From NCBI GenBank assembly GCA_949286215.1, contig CASDYX010000005.1:1069-65068 (forward strand): a DNA stretch of 64,000 nt, in the 5' to 3' direction. Shown here in pieces: positions 8,848-17,777 of this stretch. This stretch comes from an uncultured Pseudomonadota bacterium. Its GTDB lineage: Bacteria; Pseudomonadota; Alphaproteobacteria; RF32; CAG-239. Within the stretch, counting starts at the first letter, position 1. Every line of letters starts with the position of its first letter. Made by a program: the position numbers and the translations under genes. A model generated the notes under the pieces. It saw only the letters and a program-made list of their open reading frames with translations. It did no database searches and was not told the DNA's origin.

Positions 8848-11190
8848 TTACATACCAAAGGTATTAATCTTTCCATTTATCAAGGCTTGGTTTAGGCTTT
8901 CCGAACCCTTACCTGAAGTCGGGGCATTGCCTTGAGGTGTTTTGGGTTGCTCATGATTTTGTGCGGTATCAACACGGACAATATTGCCTTCACCATCAGC
9001 ACCTAGGCCGTTTGCTCCTATTCTTGTTGTTTCCTCATTGATATTCTGGTTCAGAGGAGTGTTTCCTCCTACACCTTTCAAATGAGGTTGCTCAAGCGTA
9101 GTCTCATTTTCCGGTCCTACCCAAGGAACTGGTCTATCAATATGATCCGGCATTGGAGATGGGCCAGGGACAGGAATTCTGGTAGGCTCCGGTTTAATTG
9201 GATCAGGTCCTGGTTCCGGCGTCGGGGTCGGAGTTGGGGTCGGTACTGGAGTTGGGGTCGGAGTTACTATGCGACCACCATGCAAGATGGTTTTCTCGCA
9301 ATCAACTTCAACAGAACGTGTGTAAATGCTCGGGTCGGTATAGCCATAGTTCGGATCTTTCGGGAAACCGACACCATGAGGATCATTACAGCTATCCGTA
9401 AATTTAGACGCAAGGTTATCAAAGTAGCCGGTAGAAGAAATCTTGCTGACTTCATCGCAATCTAACAAAATCTTTAAGCCGGTATCATCTCCATAGTAGA
9501 GCATTTGAACACGTGCAAGGTTGACGGCCATCTCAGGGGTCATACCTTTCGGTAATTCAACAATATCATCTTTAACATTGGCAACCATGATGTCGGCTTT
9601 ATCAACGATTTTCAGGTTGCGTTCATAAACAGCTTGTTCGCGAGCACCAACCGTATATTCATGTGCGGGGGATCCTGCAAGTTCACTGTGGTCTGTTTGA
9701 ACAGCAGTGCCATGATCTGCCGGAGCGTCAGCCGAAGCGTCAACTGCAGAATTGTCAGCCAAATTTTCTTGCCATGGGAACGGCTTGAATGTAAAGGCTT
9801 CTTTTTCTGCCGGTTTGACAACATAATTAAAATTATCATCCTTAGCTTCAACCGGAGTTTGGCTCGGCGTGTCAGTATGAGATGGGGTTGAAGAGTGGTC
9901 AGCTGAAGCGCCATCATGTGCACCGGCTAAAGCATGAGCCAATTCATAACCAACACCATACATGGCAATGGAACCAATTGAACGTTTAATGGCCTTGCTC
10001 ATATCAGGCGTTCCCCATGCTTGGGCGATATCGGTTGTACAACGGGCTGCAACCGTACTGAATGCAATAGCGGCTTTAGCTTGAACCAGCGGTGCAACAC
10101 TGGCCTGAGCTAGCGTTGTTCCGTGCGTTATGGCTTGGGCGGCTGCAACACCTGCAACAGCAAAGGAAGCAACAGATGATGCCATATAAAGACCTGCAAA
10201 CATAGTATCTTTTTTGTGTTTGCCTAAATATTTCCAAAAACTCTTCATTTCCGGATTGTTTTTCTTTTCTTCTCTATAGGCTTTATATAACGGGTGAACA
10301 CGACGATAGTATGTCCATGCACCATAGGCAGCCATACCAATAGGTCCGCCGGTAGCACCAACAAAGGCCATACCAATGTCAGCTAAAGCTCCCTGCTCTT
10401 GCAAAATTTGAGCATAAGTACGAGCCTTAACATAAGTGTCTTTCAACTTTTGGGTCAAGTTTGCATTGGCTTGTTCAACTTTGTTTTTGAATTTTTGAGC
10501 CAAATTCAAGCTTTTGAACTTGCTAACTAAATTATCGGCAAATTTGCTTAAAGTTACAACTTGTGTTGCCAAAATTGCTGATGCGCTGGCTGTGGTAACC
10601 GTCTGTTTTTGACCATCCAACATCGCATTCATTGATTTTTGGAATGTTTCAGGAGAATTATTGGAATTTGATACTAAATTGGTCATCATGATACCATAGA
10701 TGCTCATATCTATGTTATCGCGCAAACGATTATTATAAACTTCTTGGCTCAGAGGCTCTGATGAAGTTGTTAAATCAGCTGCAGTTTTTAACTTGGCAAT
10801 TTCAATAATATTGGCGCTGACGTCAACTTGTTTACCTTGTGCATCAACAACAACCATATTATTTAAATAAGCACGGCTGGTGGCAAATTCTTTATTTTTG
10901 TCATCCAACGGATTGACTTGGCTGAAAGATTCCAGCTGAGTCAAATTACGTGATACGGTTTGCTCATCAGCCATAATGCCAGAAGCTGCTCCGCCATTGA
11001 ATTGTGATTGGGCACGTTCATCCTCGTCTAAAATCTTTTTTAGGCGAGTACCGGCTTGGTGCATCAATTTATTAAATTGCACTTTATATTCTTCATTGCC
11101 TTTCAGAGCTGAATAAATTTCTACCAGCTCATTATCACTGACATTGTGCAATCCTGCTTGCACTTTTGCGGCGGCAATTTTAGCTTCCAT
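8848..11190 (-). CDS. Large orphan protein with Gly/Ala-rich hydrophobic core and Pro/Thr-rich tail (paralog A)
   Basis: 780 aa, AAGGAG SD, no signal peptide, GATGGPIGMAAY core, PT repeats. Confidence 0.85.
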   Translation of the reverse strand: MEAKIAAAKVQAGLHNVSDNELVEIYSALKGNEEYKVQFNKLMHQAGTRLKKILDEDERAQSQFNGGAASGIMADEQTVSRNLTQLESFSQVNPLDDKNKEFATSRAYLNNMVVVDAQGKQVDVSANIIEIAKLKTAADLTTSSEPLSQEVYNNRLRDNIDMSIYGIMMTNLVSNSNNSPETFQKSMNAMLDGQKQTVTTASASAILATQVVTLSKFADNLVSKFKSLNLAQKFKNKVEQANANLTQKLKDTYVKARTYAQILQEQGALADIGMAFVGATGGPIGMAAYGAWTYYRRVHPLYKAYREEKKNNPEMKSFWKYLGKHKKDTMFAGLYMASSVASFAVAGVAAAQAITHGTTLAQASVAPLVQAKAAIAFSTVAARCTTDIAQAWGTPDMSKAIKRSIGSIAMYGVGYELAHALAGAHDGASADHSSTPSHTDTPSQTPVEAKDDNFNYVVKPAEKEAFTFKPFPWQENLADNSAVDASADAPADHGTAVQTDHSELAGSPAHEYTVGAREQAVYERNLKIVDKADIMVANVKDDIVELPKGMTPEMAVNLARVQMLYYGDDTGLKILLDCDEVSKISSTGYFDNLASKFTDSCNDPHGVGFPKDPNYGYTDPSIYTRSVEVDCEKTILHGGRIVTPTPTPVPTPTPTPTPEPGPDPIKPEPTRIPVPGPSPMPDHIDRPVPWVGPENETTLEQPHLKGVGGNTPLNQNINEETTRIGANGLGADGEGNIVRVDTAQNHEQPKTPQGNAPTSGKGSESLNQALINGKINTFGM
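9207..9266 (-). repeat. Pro-Thr tandem repeat (TPTPTPVPTPTPTPTPEPGP)
   Basis: Degenerate 6-nt periodicity ggagtt/ggggtc inside the CDS. Confidence 0.8.
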
Positions 11191-11227
11191 TGTTTATTTC
11201 TCCTTAAAATTTTCTTTAATTATGCGT

Positions 11228-11256
11228 AATTTACCACACTTTTATCGAAAAAGCAA
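11228..11256 (-). promoter_or_regulatory. Sigma70-type promoter TTGCTT-N17-TAAATT
   Basis: Exact 17-nt spacer; TAAATT recurs as the -10 box at several loci in the window. Confidence 0.6.
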
Positions 11257-11303
11257 TAACAATTTTGTCAAATTAGGCAATTTTTTATAATTATTTGTTA
11301 GAA

Positions 11304-11333
11304 AGAACAGCCTCTAAAGTATGAGGCTGTTCT
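11304..11333 (-). terminator. Intrinsic terminator
   Basis: AGAACAGCCTC...GAGGCTGTTCT inverted repeat after paralog B. Confidence 0.75.
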
Positions 11334-11346
11334 CTTCAAATAGGTT

Positions 11347-14300
11347 TTAGGCCATACCGTTACCTTGGTTTCGAGAAAAGGTTTGAGCACCGGTAAATGT
11401 TTTTTGTGGTTGCTGTATGTTTTGGGCAACATCTTCTTTGGTTTCGGCATAAGCTCCTATTTTTAAGCGTTGTTTGGCTTCATCTAATCGGGCATGCGTT
11501 TCGTTGTGCTGATTTGAACTGGATTCTACTGCAATTTTTTCGTTCAAATCCTGCAGGCGGCTGCCTTCATAACTCTCATATCCAGCAACATGTTGATTAA
11601 CTGCTGTTCCGGCAGTTGCTTCATGTTGTGAATGTAAATCATGCAACACTTCCTTACGGGCCGATATTTCTTGTTCAACTCCTGAAATTCTGCCTTTTAA
11701 TTGTCCTTCCAAGGCATCATATTGCGTCAAATTTTTGTGGTGCAAAATTAATTCTTGAGCCTCGGGTGAAAGATTTGATACGTCTTGTGGCAAATTGTTC
11801 GGATCAAGACCTAATTTTACTAAGTCTTTATCTATTCCCTTAAGAGAACCATGTTCTTGTTCGTAGGCGTTTCGTTGTAAGCCTAATTTTTCAAGTTGCT
11901 CTTGGTGGGTGTGTGCCGTATCATTGAGACCTCTGATTTCTTGTTTCAAAACGGCTTCTGTTTTATCAACGTCAGCTTTTGCCATTTCCATAGCCGCTTT
12001 ATCAAAGTTAGCTTGAGCCTCAGGACTATTAGGATTATTTTTCAACTCATTCAAGGCTGCTTTATATTCACTATAGGCTTTGTCGGCATCGGCTTTTGCT
12101 CCGGCAACTCTGCGGCTATCATCTTCAGATACTTGGTTGCTGACTTCATGTTCGGCATTTTCAAATTGTTGATGACGTGCGTTTAAGAATTTGTCTGCTT
12201 CGGCAAAATTACCCTGCTCTTTTAATTCCATATAGTGATTAAAGTCTTTAATCGCTGCGGCATTCGCTACTGTTGCATCTTCCGCTCCAATGTTATGTCC
12301 ACGGCGCAGTTCTTCAAACAAGGCTCGCTCATTGTCGGTTTGCGGCAAATGGTCTTGTACTATCGGGTCGATATGCGTCGGCATTTCACTGGGTTTTACC
12401 ATTGATGATAAATCAGGTCTTTGCGGAGTAGGCATTTCCGGTCCCTTATCCTGAGGAACACTTACGCGCGGCGTACCATGGTTTGGGGTTTCATGATGAG
12501 GGGTATTATCAACCGGTTGGTGATGCGGTTGTTCCGGTGCAAAACCATGATGAGGTTCCGTGGGGTGATAAGGCTCCGGACCTATCGGCTTATCATGACG
12601 AATAATTTCGGGCTTAAAATCGTCTCCATCTACCGGTGAGTCATGTGGCAAAGGAGAATCCGGATTATTGGCTTTCATAAAACCGGTAAAGCCCAAACTT
12701 ACCATGCTACCAAAAAAGACACCGCCCAAAGTATTCCAAGCATTTTTACGGAGTTGTTTTTTCTTTTCAGGGTCTTTTTCTCTAAATGAGGCGATAAAAT
12801 CAATAGCACTTGAAGAAACGCCACCACCCAGAGAAACGCCCCAACGAGCGACTCGTTGACCATCATTAAAAGTATTGGTTGCTTGATTATAAAAGTTTTT
12901 ACCCCAAGCACTCATGCGCTCATTCCAGGGTTGATCTTTAACAGCATCAGGGCTTGAAAAGGCATTACTTACCGTATCTTTCATCATAGTCCAAGTGTTG
13001 TCTAAGCCATTTTGATAAACTTGTCCGCCTAAACCCCAATCTGCAGCAGTAAATCCATCCATACCAACAAAGGCAACCGACATCACAGAACCTGTTACAC
13101 TGGCTGCTAAACCGATTGCTTCTTTCGGGTTTTTGCGCAAATAGCCAAACCAGCTTTTGTATTGTCCATCGGTATTGGCTTCTTTATAGTGTTGATAGCT
13201 TTGTTTAATTGCTTTGCCTGTCTTATATGCAGAATAGGCCGCCAAACCAACGCCACCTGTTGCCAAACCAATGGCAGAACTGATGGCTAAATTTTTCACA
13301 AAGGCATAAGATTTCGGATATTTCTTAGCAAGCTTCTTATCAAACTCTTTAATCTTACTCCATAAAGATTTGTGTCCGGTCTTTTGACCAATACGCTTGC
13401 TGACACCTTCTAAGGTAGTGGTTCTACTCGCTAATGTTGATAAGGCAACATGGTTGCTAACCTTATAACTTATATTTTCAGCATTGATGGTTTTACCGAT
13501 AAATTCTTGAGCTTGCTGCTGAAATTCTTCAGGCTTTTTGGCTTCTCCACCTTCTTTTGATGCATTTTCAGCCATTTGTGCCGCAATCAGGCTAACCATA
13601 CCCATTTGCATATGAGAAGCCCAGACTTGCGCTAAAAGCTGTTTTTGTTGTTCTGAGTTTAATTTTTTAAAGTCTGGATTCATACTCAGTTCAAGCACTG
13701 CTTCATTATAGGCTAATTCTGCCATATCTTGCTTGTATTGGTTTTTATCCAATGTATCAACGCGTTTGTCTGAGTTGTCTATCTCTAATTTATCATAGAA
13801 TTTGTCAACAATATCAAATCCTGCGTATAAATACTCACCCTTTTCATTTTTAGCAAAGGGGTCCATATCTTTTCCGACAGCTTCAAGAGCTTGCTGGTTG
13901 TCTGCTAACATTTGAGCTTGTTGCGGCGAAAGATTGGTAAGGCCGTGTTCTTCATCAAATTGTTTATAAAACTTATTTAAGCTCTCGCCTATTTTAGCGT
14001 TTCTATCCTTTTTGTCTTGAGCAGAATTTTTAGATTGAATATCGTTACTAATCTTTAACCATTCAGAAACTTCAGGAGCTACCGTCATTGACCAAGGCTG
14101 GTTGGGATTGACCTTGGACATTAATTGTTCGGCATAATCTGCCATTTTTAATTTGGCTTGCAGAGCTTCCGGTTTGGTGGTTTGGGCTATTTTGTCATCT
14201 AACTGACCTAAAACACTCCAAACTTTGGTGATTTCATCATAGCTGAGTTTGCTCAAATCACCTTTTGATAAATCAATGGCTTCTTTATATTGTTCTGGGG

Positions 14301-14508
14301 TAATTTCTGAAGATGATGAATTAGACGATGAATTCTCTCCAGCTGCACGCAACTCTTCCAAATACCGGTCAAAACTTTCCGGCGTAAAGGTAACGTTTGC
14401 CTGAGAATTTCTTTCTATCAATGCTTGACGAAGCTCGGGCGTCAAATCATTTTTGGTTTCAAGCCATTGTTCAAAGGTTTGTTGCGTGTTGTTTGCATTA
14501 TCAACCAT
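11347..14508 (-). CDS. Large orphan protein with Gly-rich hydrophobic core, His/Pro region and coiled-coil tail (paralog B)
   Basis: About 1053 aa from ATG 14508 (CAGGAG SD); GLATGGVGLAAY core aligns with paralog A. Confidence 0.85.
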   Translation of the reverse strand: MVDNANNTQQTFEQWLETKNDLTPELRQALIERNSQANVTFTPESFDRYLEELRAAGENSSSNSSSSEITPEQYKEAIDLSKGDLSKLSYDEITKVWSVLGQLDDKIAQTTKPEALQAKLKMADYAEQLMSKVNPNQPWSMTVAPEVSEWLKISNDIQSKNSAQDKKDRNAKIGESLNKFYKQFDEEHGLTNLSPQQAQMLADNQQALEAVGKDMDPFAKNEKGEYLYAGFDIVDKFYDKLEIDNSDKRVDTLDKNQYKQDMAELAYNEAVLELSMNPDFKKLNSEQQKQLLAQVWASHMQMGMVSLIAAQMAENASKEGGEAKKPEEFQQQAQEFIGKTINAENISYKVSNHVALSTLASRTTTLEGVSKRIGQKTGHKSLWSKIKEFDKKLAKKYPKSYAFVKNLAISSAIGLATGGVGLAAYSAYKTGKAIKQSYQHYKEANTDGQYKSWFGYLRKNPKEAIGLAASVTGSVMSVAFVGMDGFTAADWGLGGQVYQNGLDNTWTMMKDTVSNAFSSPDAVKDQPWNERMSAWGKNFYNQATNTFNDGQRVARWGVSLGGGVSSSAIDFIASFREKDPEKKKQLRKNAWNTLGGVFFGSMVSLGFTGFMKANNPDSPLPHDSPVDGDDFKPEIIRHDKPIGPEPYHPTEPHHGFAPEQPHHQPVDNTPHHETPNHGTPRVSVPQDKGPEMPTPQRPDLSSMVKPSEMPTHIDPIVQDHLPQTDNERALFEELRRGHNIGAEDATVANAAAIKDFNHYMELKEQGNFAEADKFLNARHQQFENAEHEVSNQVSEDDSRRVAGAKADADKAYSEYKAALNELKNNPNSPEAQANFDKAAMEMAKADVDKTEAVLKQEIRGLNDTAHTHQEQLEKLGLQRNAYEQEHGSLKGIDKDLVKLGLDPNNLPQDVSNLSPEAQELILHHKNLTQYDALEGQLKGRISGVEQEISARKEVLHDLHSQHEATAGTAVNQHVAGYESYEGSRLQDLNEKIAVESSSNQHNETHARLDEAKQRLKIGAYAETKEDVAQNIQQPQKTFTGAQTFSRNQGNGMA

Positions 14509-14542
14509 CTTCTTACTCCTGAATAGAAATCTTTCTATTCTC

Positions 14543-14571
14543 AATTTAGCATATTTTCAAATTCTTTTCAA
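14543..14571 (-). promoter_or_regulatory. Sigma70-type promoter TTGAAA-N17-TAAATT
   Basis: Exact 17-nt spacer, with direct repeats upstream. Confidence 0.6.
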
Positions 14572-14673
14572 TATATTTTGTCAAAATTTGCCAAAATGTA
14601 GCAAATTTTTAACATTTTGCATACCATAGCAGAGAATGGTTAAATTTTATTTATTTTTAAGCCTTTAAAATGC

Positions 14674-14702
14674 AAAAAGGTGTCACTTTGACACCTTTTT
14701 TG
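14674..14702 (-). terminator. Intrinsic terminator
   Basis: AAAAAGGTGTCA-ctt-TGACACCTTTTT. Confidence 0.8.
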
Positions 14703-14715
14703 TAAAGAAATTAAT

Positions 14716-15372
14716 TCACATCACAATCTTTCGCCCTTTTCTTGGCGCATTCAGAGCCGCCATAAAGGTCTGCAAATGATAGCGCTCAAGACTTTCATGG
14801 GTATAGGGCACCTCTAGTGCGTTATATCCTCTATCGGTGAGCGTGTATTCGCCATTTTTCTCTTTGTACAAATCGTACCGGAACATAAAATCACCGTGCT
14901 CTTTGGGGACAATTTTGCTAAAGTTCTCGGGGCTGAGATTCTTATCTTTTATCATTTTAAGGAAGCCTTTGATTTCTTTGATAAAATCGCTTTCCTGACA
15001 ACTTAAATGAAAAAAGAAGTCTTGCGGCAGGCAATAGCGCAAATTAAGGCTATCACAAAGCTTGTCCATTAAATCTCGCTTGAGATAATTGTTTTTGGCG
15101 GCGTATTCCTTTTGGAACTTTTCAACCAAACAAGTTTGTCGCAGACTATAGAAGCGCTGTTTCTGATTTTTCCAAAAAAGCAAACGCAACAGACAATCCG
15201 GCTTGTCGGCAAAATAATCCACATAGCTTTCTATCAGCTCATTAGCCTGACAGATTGTGAAAAAATGTTGGCGGACATGCTCTTCAAATTTGGTTTTGAG
15301 AGTTGAGAGCAACAAATCAATGTCTTGACGGTCAAGCAATTCATTGCTTGCAGAAAATCTTTCCTCTTTCAT
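14716..15372 (-). CDS. Hypothetical protein (no SD)
   Basis: 218-aa ORF bounded by terminators; AT-rich leader without SD. Confidence 0.7.
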   Translation of the reverse strand: MKEERFSASNELLDRQDIDLLLSTLKTKFEEHVRQHFFTICQANELIESYVDYFADKPDCLLRLLFWKNQKQRFYSLRQTCLVEKFQKEYAAKNNYLKRDLMDKLCDSLNLRYCLPQDFFFHLSCQESDFIKEIKGFLKMIKDKNLSPENFSKIVPKEHGDFMFRYDLYKEKNGEYTLTDRGYNALEVPYTHESLERYHLQTFMAALNAPRKGRKIVM

Positions 15373-15472
15373 AATAGTAAAAATTAAATGTAAATATAAA
15401 TGACAAATAATAAAGATTTGTTGGTTATAGTAAAGTAAAAATTATTTTTGTCTAGCGTTTTTTACAAAATTA

Positions 15473-15496
15473 AAGCCCCGCTTTTAACGGGGCTTG
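15473..15496 (-). terminator. Intrinsic terminator
   Basis: AAGCCCCG...CGGGGCTT after paralog C. Confidence 0.75.
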
Positions 15497-15501
15497 AGTT
15501 T

Positions 15502-17604
15502 TTATGCGCGTTGCTGAAAGTCTTGTATGACGCTGGTACGCGTATTAGGATTAAGTTCTACGGTTTTTACGGGTTTTGGCTTAGCACGCAAACGTCCTTG
15601 AGCCATCAAAACCTGGCGCGCTTTTTTCATTTGTTTTATTTTTTCAATTTCTTCTGGAGTGCGAGCTTTTCTTCTGGCTGCAAGAGCCTCTTTGGCTTTA
15701 TTCTCCTCACCGGACTCGGCTGCACTCACAGCTTCCCCTCCGGTGATACCAGCAAAGTTAAAGCTATCCGGATTATTCGGGTCCGGGGTTTGAGCCGTAT
15801 TTTCAGCCGGCTTTTGCGTATTGGGTTGTTGGGTATTAGGCTGTTGGGTGTTTTCAGCCGGTTTTTGCGTGTTATCCTGTTCTTTGGGTGGAAACAGATT
15901 TGGATTTTGTTGACGTATAACTTCCATTTGCTCAGGAGTAATACCCTTTTCGGCAAACCCCTTTTCCATTAATCCGGCTAAATCGCCATATAGCTTATCC
16001 TCTGGTTTAAGCCCGTTTTCTTGCCCAAACTGTTGCAAAATTCCTAACTGAGTTTGAACAAGTTTGCTTTGCTCTTCCGTTAACGGTTGCACCTCTTGAG
16101 GTTTGGGTTCTGCCTCTAACGGTTTGTCTTGAACCGGAGGTGTTTGGCTTTGGGATTCTTGTTCTTTGGTTTCTTCCGTTTTATAGGGATTCTTTATGCC
16201 AAACTGCTCTAACTGTGCCGCAACATTGCGGTTGCGTTCTTCTTTGGCTACAACATGGTTGTGGTTCACCTTATCCTGAACCTCTTTGCTAATTCCTAGC
16301 CAAGCCGCGGCTAACTGGGCATTTTCCGGCGTCAACTGAACTTTGCCGGAATTAATGGCATCCAGGTATTTATCTGCATAGCCCGACATATTATAATGGG
16401 CCCCGCTGCCGGCCGAATATTGGTCAAACAGATTAACATCCCGCAGCTGAGTCCAGGCTGCTGTTACCTGCTGCGCATTTAAGCGGGAAATTTTTTTCTC
16501 GTTTGAAGCTTGTTTGATGGCGGTTTTCGTGTCTTGTGCCACTAAATTCGGATTTCCCAGCGCTTTGGCCTTCAATTTCTTATAGCCGTTGCGAATCCAG
16601 TTGACGCCGGCTTTGATTTTATTATAAGTCCACTTAGCGGCCTTATAGGGAAGAATAACCGGTGAAGCGACAACATAAGCAGTCATCCAGGCGGCTTGTT
16701 TGGTGCCGTTCCATACTTTTTTGCCAAAATTTTTAACTTTGTTGACACCGTTGTTAATCTTGTTTTTAACTTTGGTTACCCGATTTTTAATACTATTTCT
16801 AAAGTTTTTTAGAGCATTCATCATGGCTATTCTGTTTGCTTGGTCATGTTTTGCAGCCCATTTGTTCAATTTTTTATAACCTTTATACCCCATAACGGCC
16901 AATTCTTTTACACCAAAAGCTAACACAAACGGCACTTCGGCAGCGGTTTTGGCTCCCTGTTTGACTTTTTGCGCCGCTTTGTTTTTAAATTCGACGGCTT
17001 TAGCCTTAGCCTGGGCAAACATTTGTTTTATTGCAGCTTTATCGCGGTTGTACTGCATCCGCCGCAGACGGTTGACCGCCTTTCCCTTGGCTGCCAAAGC
17101 CTTGGCCTTGTCAGAAACATGCTGTTTGACGGCAACGGCACCCTCTTTTATATTATGGGCCGTATTGACGACACCTTCTTTAAATTGCTGCTGAGCTGCT
17201 TTAGCCTGCTCGCTGACCCTTTCACCGAAAGACTTTTCTTCAATGCCGCGCTCAACGTTGAACCATTTCTGTTCCGCATCTTTAAAAGTTTCAAAATCTT
17301 TTCCTCCGTCCATATACATGGTTGAAGGAGCATGATCAAGGATGGAACGGAAATTGTTCGTCTCCCGCGGATCTAGCTTATATTTGCCTTTTGCAACATT
17401 TTCAATCCTCTTCCAAGCAATATCTCTGACCTGTGCTCGCTGGGCATCCGTAAAAGCTCCTGGATTCTTCTCCATTGCCAATTGTAGATTGGCAATTTCT
17501 TTAATATCCATTTTTTCAAGCGTTTCACTTCCTAGCACAAACCATGCCTTGGCTTGTTCTTCGTTCATGGCTTGTACTTCATATTTATCTTCTTGTTCTG
17601 GCAT
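15502..17604 (-). CDS. Large orphan protein with Lys-rich amphipathic helices (paralog C)
   Basis: Start at ATG 17604 after AAAGGA; shares a ~100-aa domain with paralog B; PAENTQ/PNTQQ repeats. Confidence 0.85.
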   Translation of the reverse strand: MPEQEDKYEVQAMNEEQAKAWFVLGSETLEKMDIKEIANLQLAMEKNPGAFTDAQRAQVRDIAWKRIENVAKGKYKLDPRETNNFRSILDHAPSTMYMDGGKDFETFKDAEQKWFNVERGIEEKSFGERVSEQAKAAQQQFKEGVVNTAHNIKEGAVAVKQHVSDKAKALAAKGKAVNRLRRMQYNRDKAAIKQMFAQAKAKAVEFKNKAAQKVKQGAKTAAEVPFVLAFGVKELAVMGYKGYKKLNKWAAKHDQANRIAMMNALKNFRNSIKNRVTKVKNKINNGVNKVKNFGKKVWNGTKQAAWMTAYVVASPVILPYKAAKWTYNKIKAGVNWIRNGYKKLKAKALGNPNLVAQDTKTAIKQASNEKKISRLNAQQVTAAWTQLRDVNLFDQYSAGSGAHYNMSGYADKYLDAINSGKVQLTPENAQLAAAWLGISKEVQDKVNHNHVVAKEERNRNVAAQLEQFGIKNPYKTEETKEQESQSQTPPVQDKPLEAEPKPQEVQPLTEEQSKLVQTQLGILQQFGQENGLKPEDKLYGDLAGLMEKGFAEKGITPEQMEVIRQQNPNLFPPKEQDNTQKPAENTQQPNTQQPNTQKPAENTAQTPDPNNPDSFNFAGITGGEAVSAAESGEENKAKEALAARRKARTPEEIEKIKQMKKARQVLMAQGRLRAKPKPVKTVELNPNTRTSVIQDFQQRA

Positions 17605-17733
17605 TGCTATAATCCTTTTGCAAAATTTTGCCTTTATATTAAACAAAATTGGTTAAGATTATCTTAGTTTCAAAATAGCATAATTTGGACATTTTGTCTA
17701 TTGTTTTAAAAGAACGTTACAAAAAATTCATAC

Positions 17734-17763
17734 AAAAAAGAGGTCTTGCGACCTCTTTTTTTA
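17734..17763 (-). terminator. ileS terminator
   Basis: AAAAAAGAGGTC-ttgc-GACCTCTTTTTT. Confidence 0.8.
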
Positions 17764-17777
17764 CTCGTTCTTGCGTT

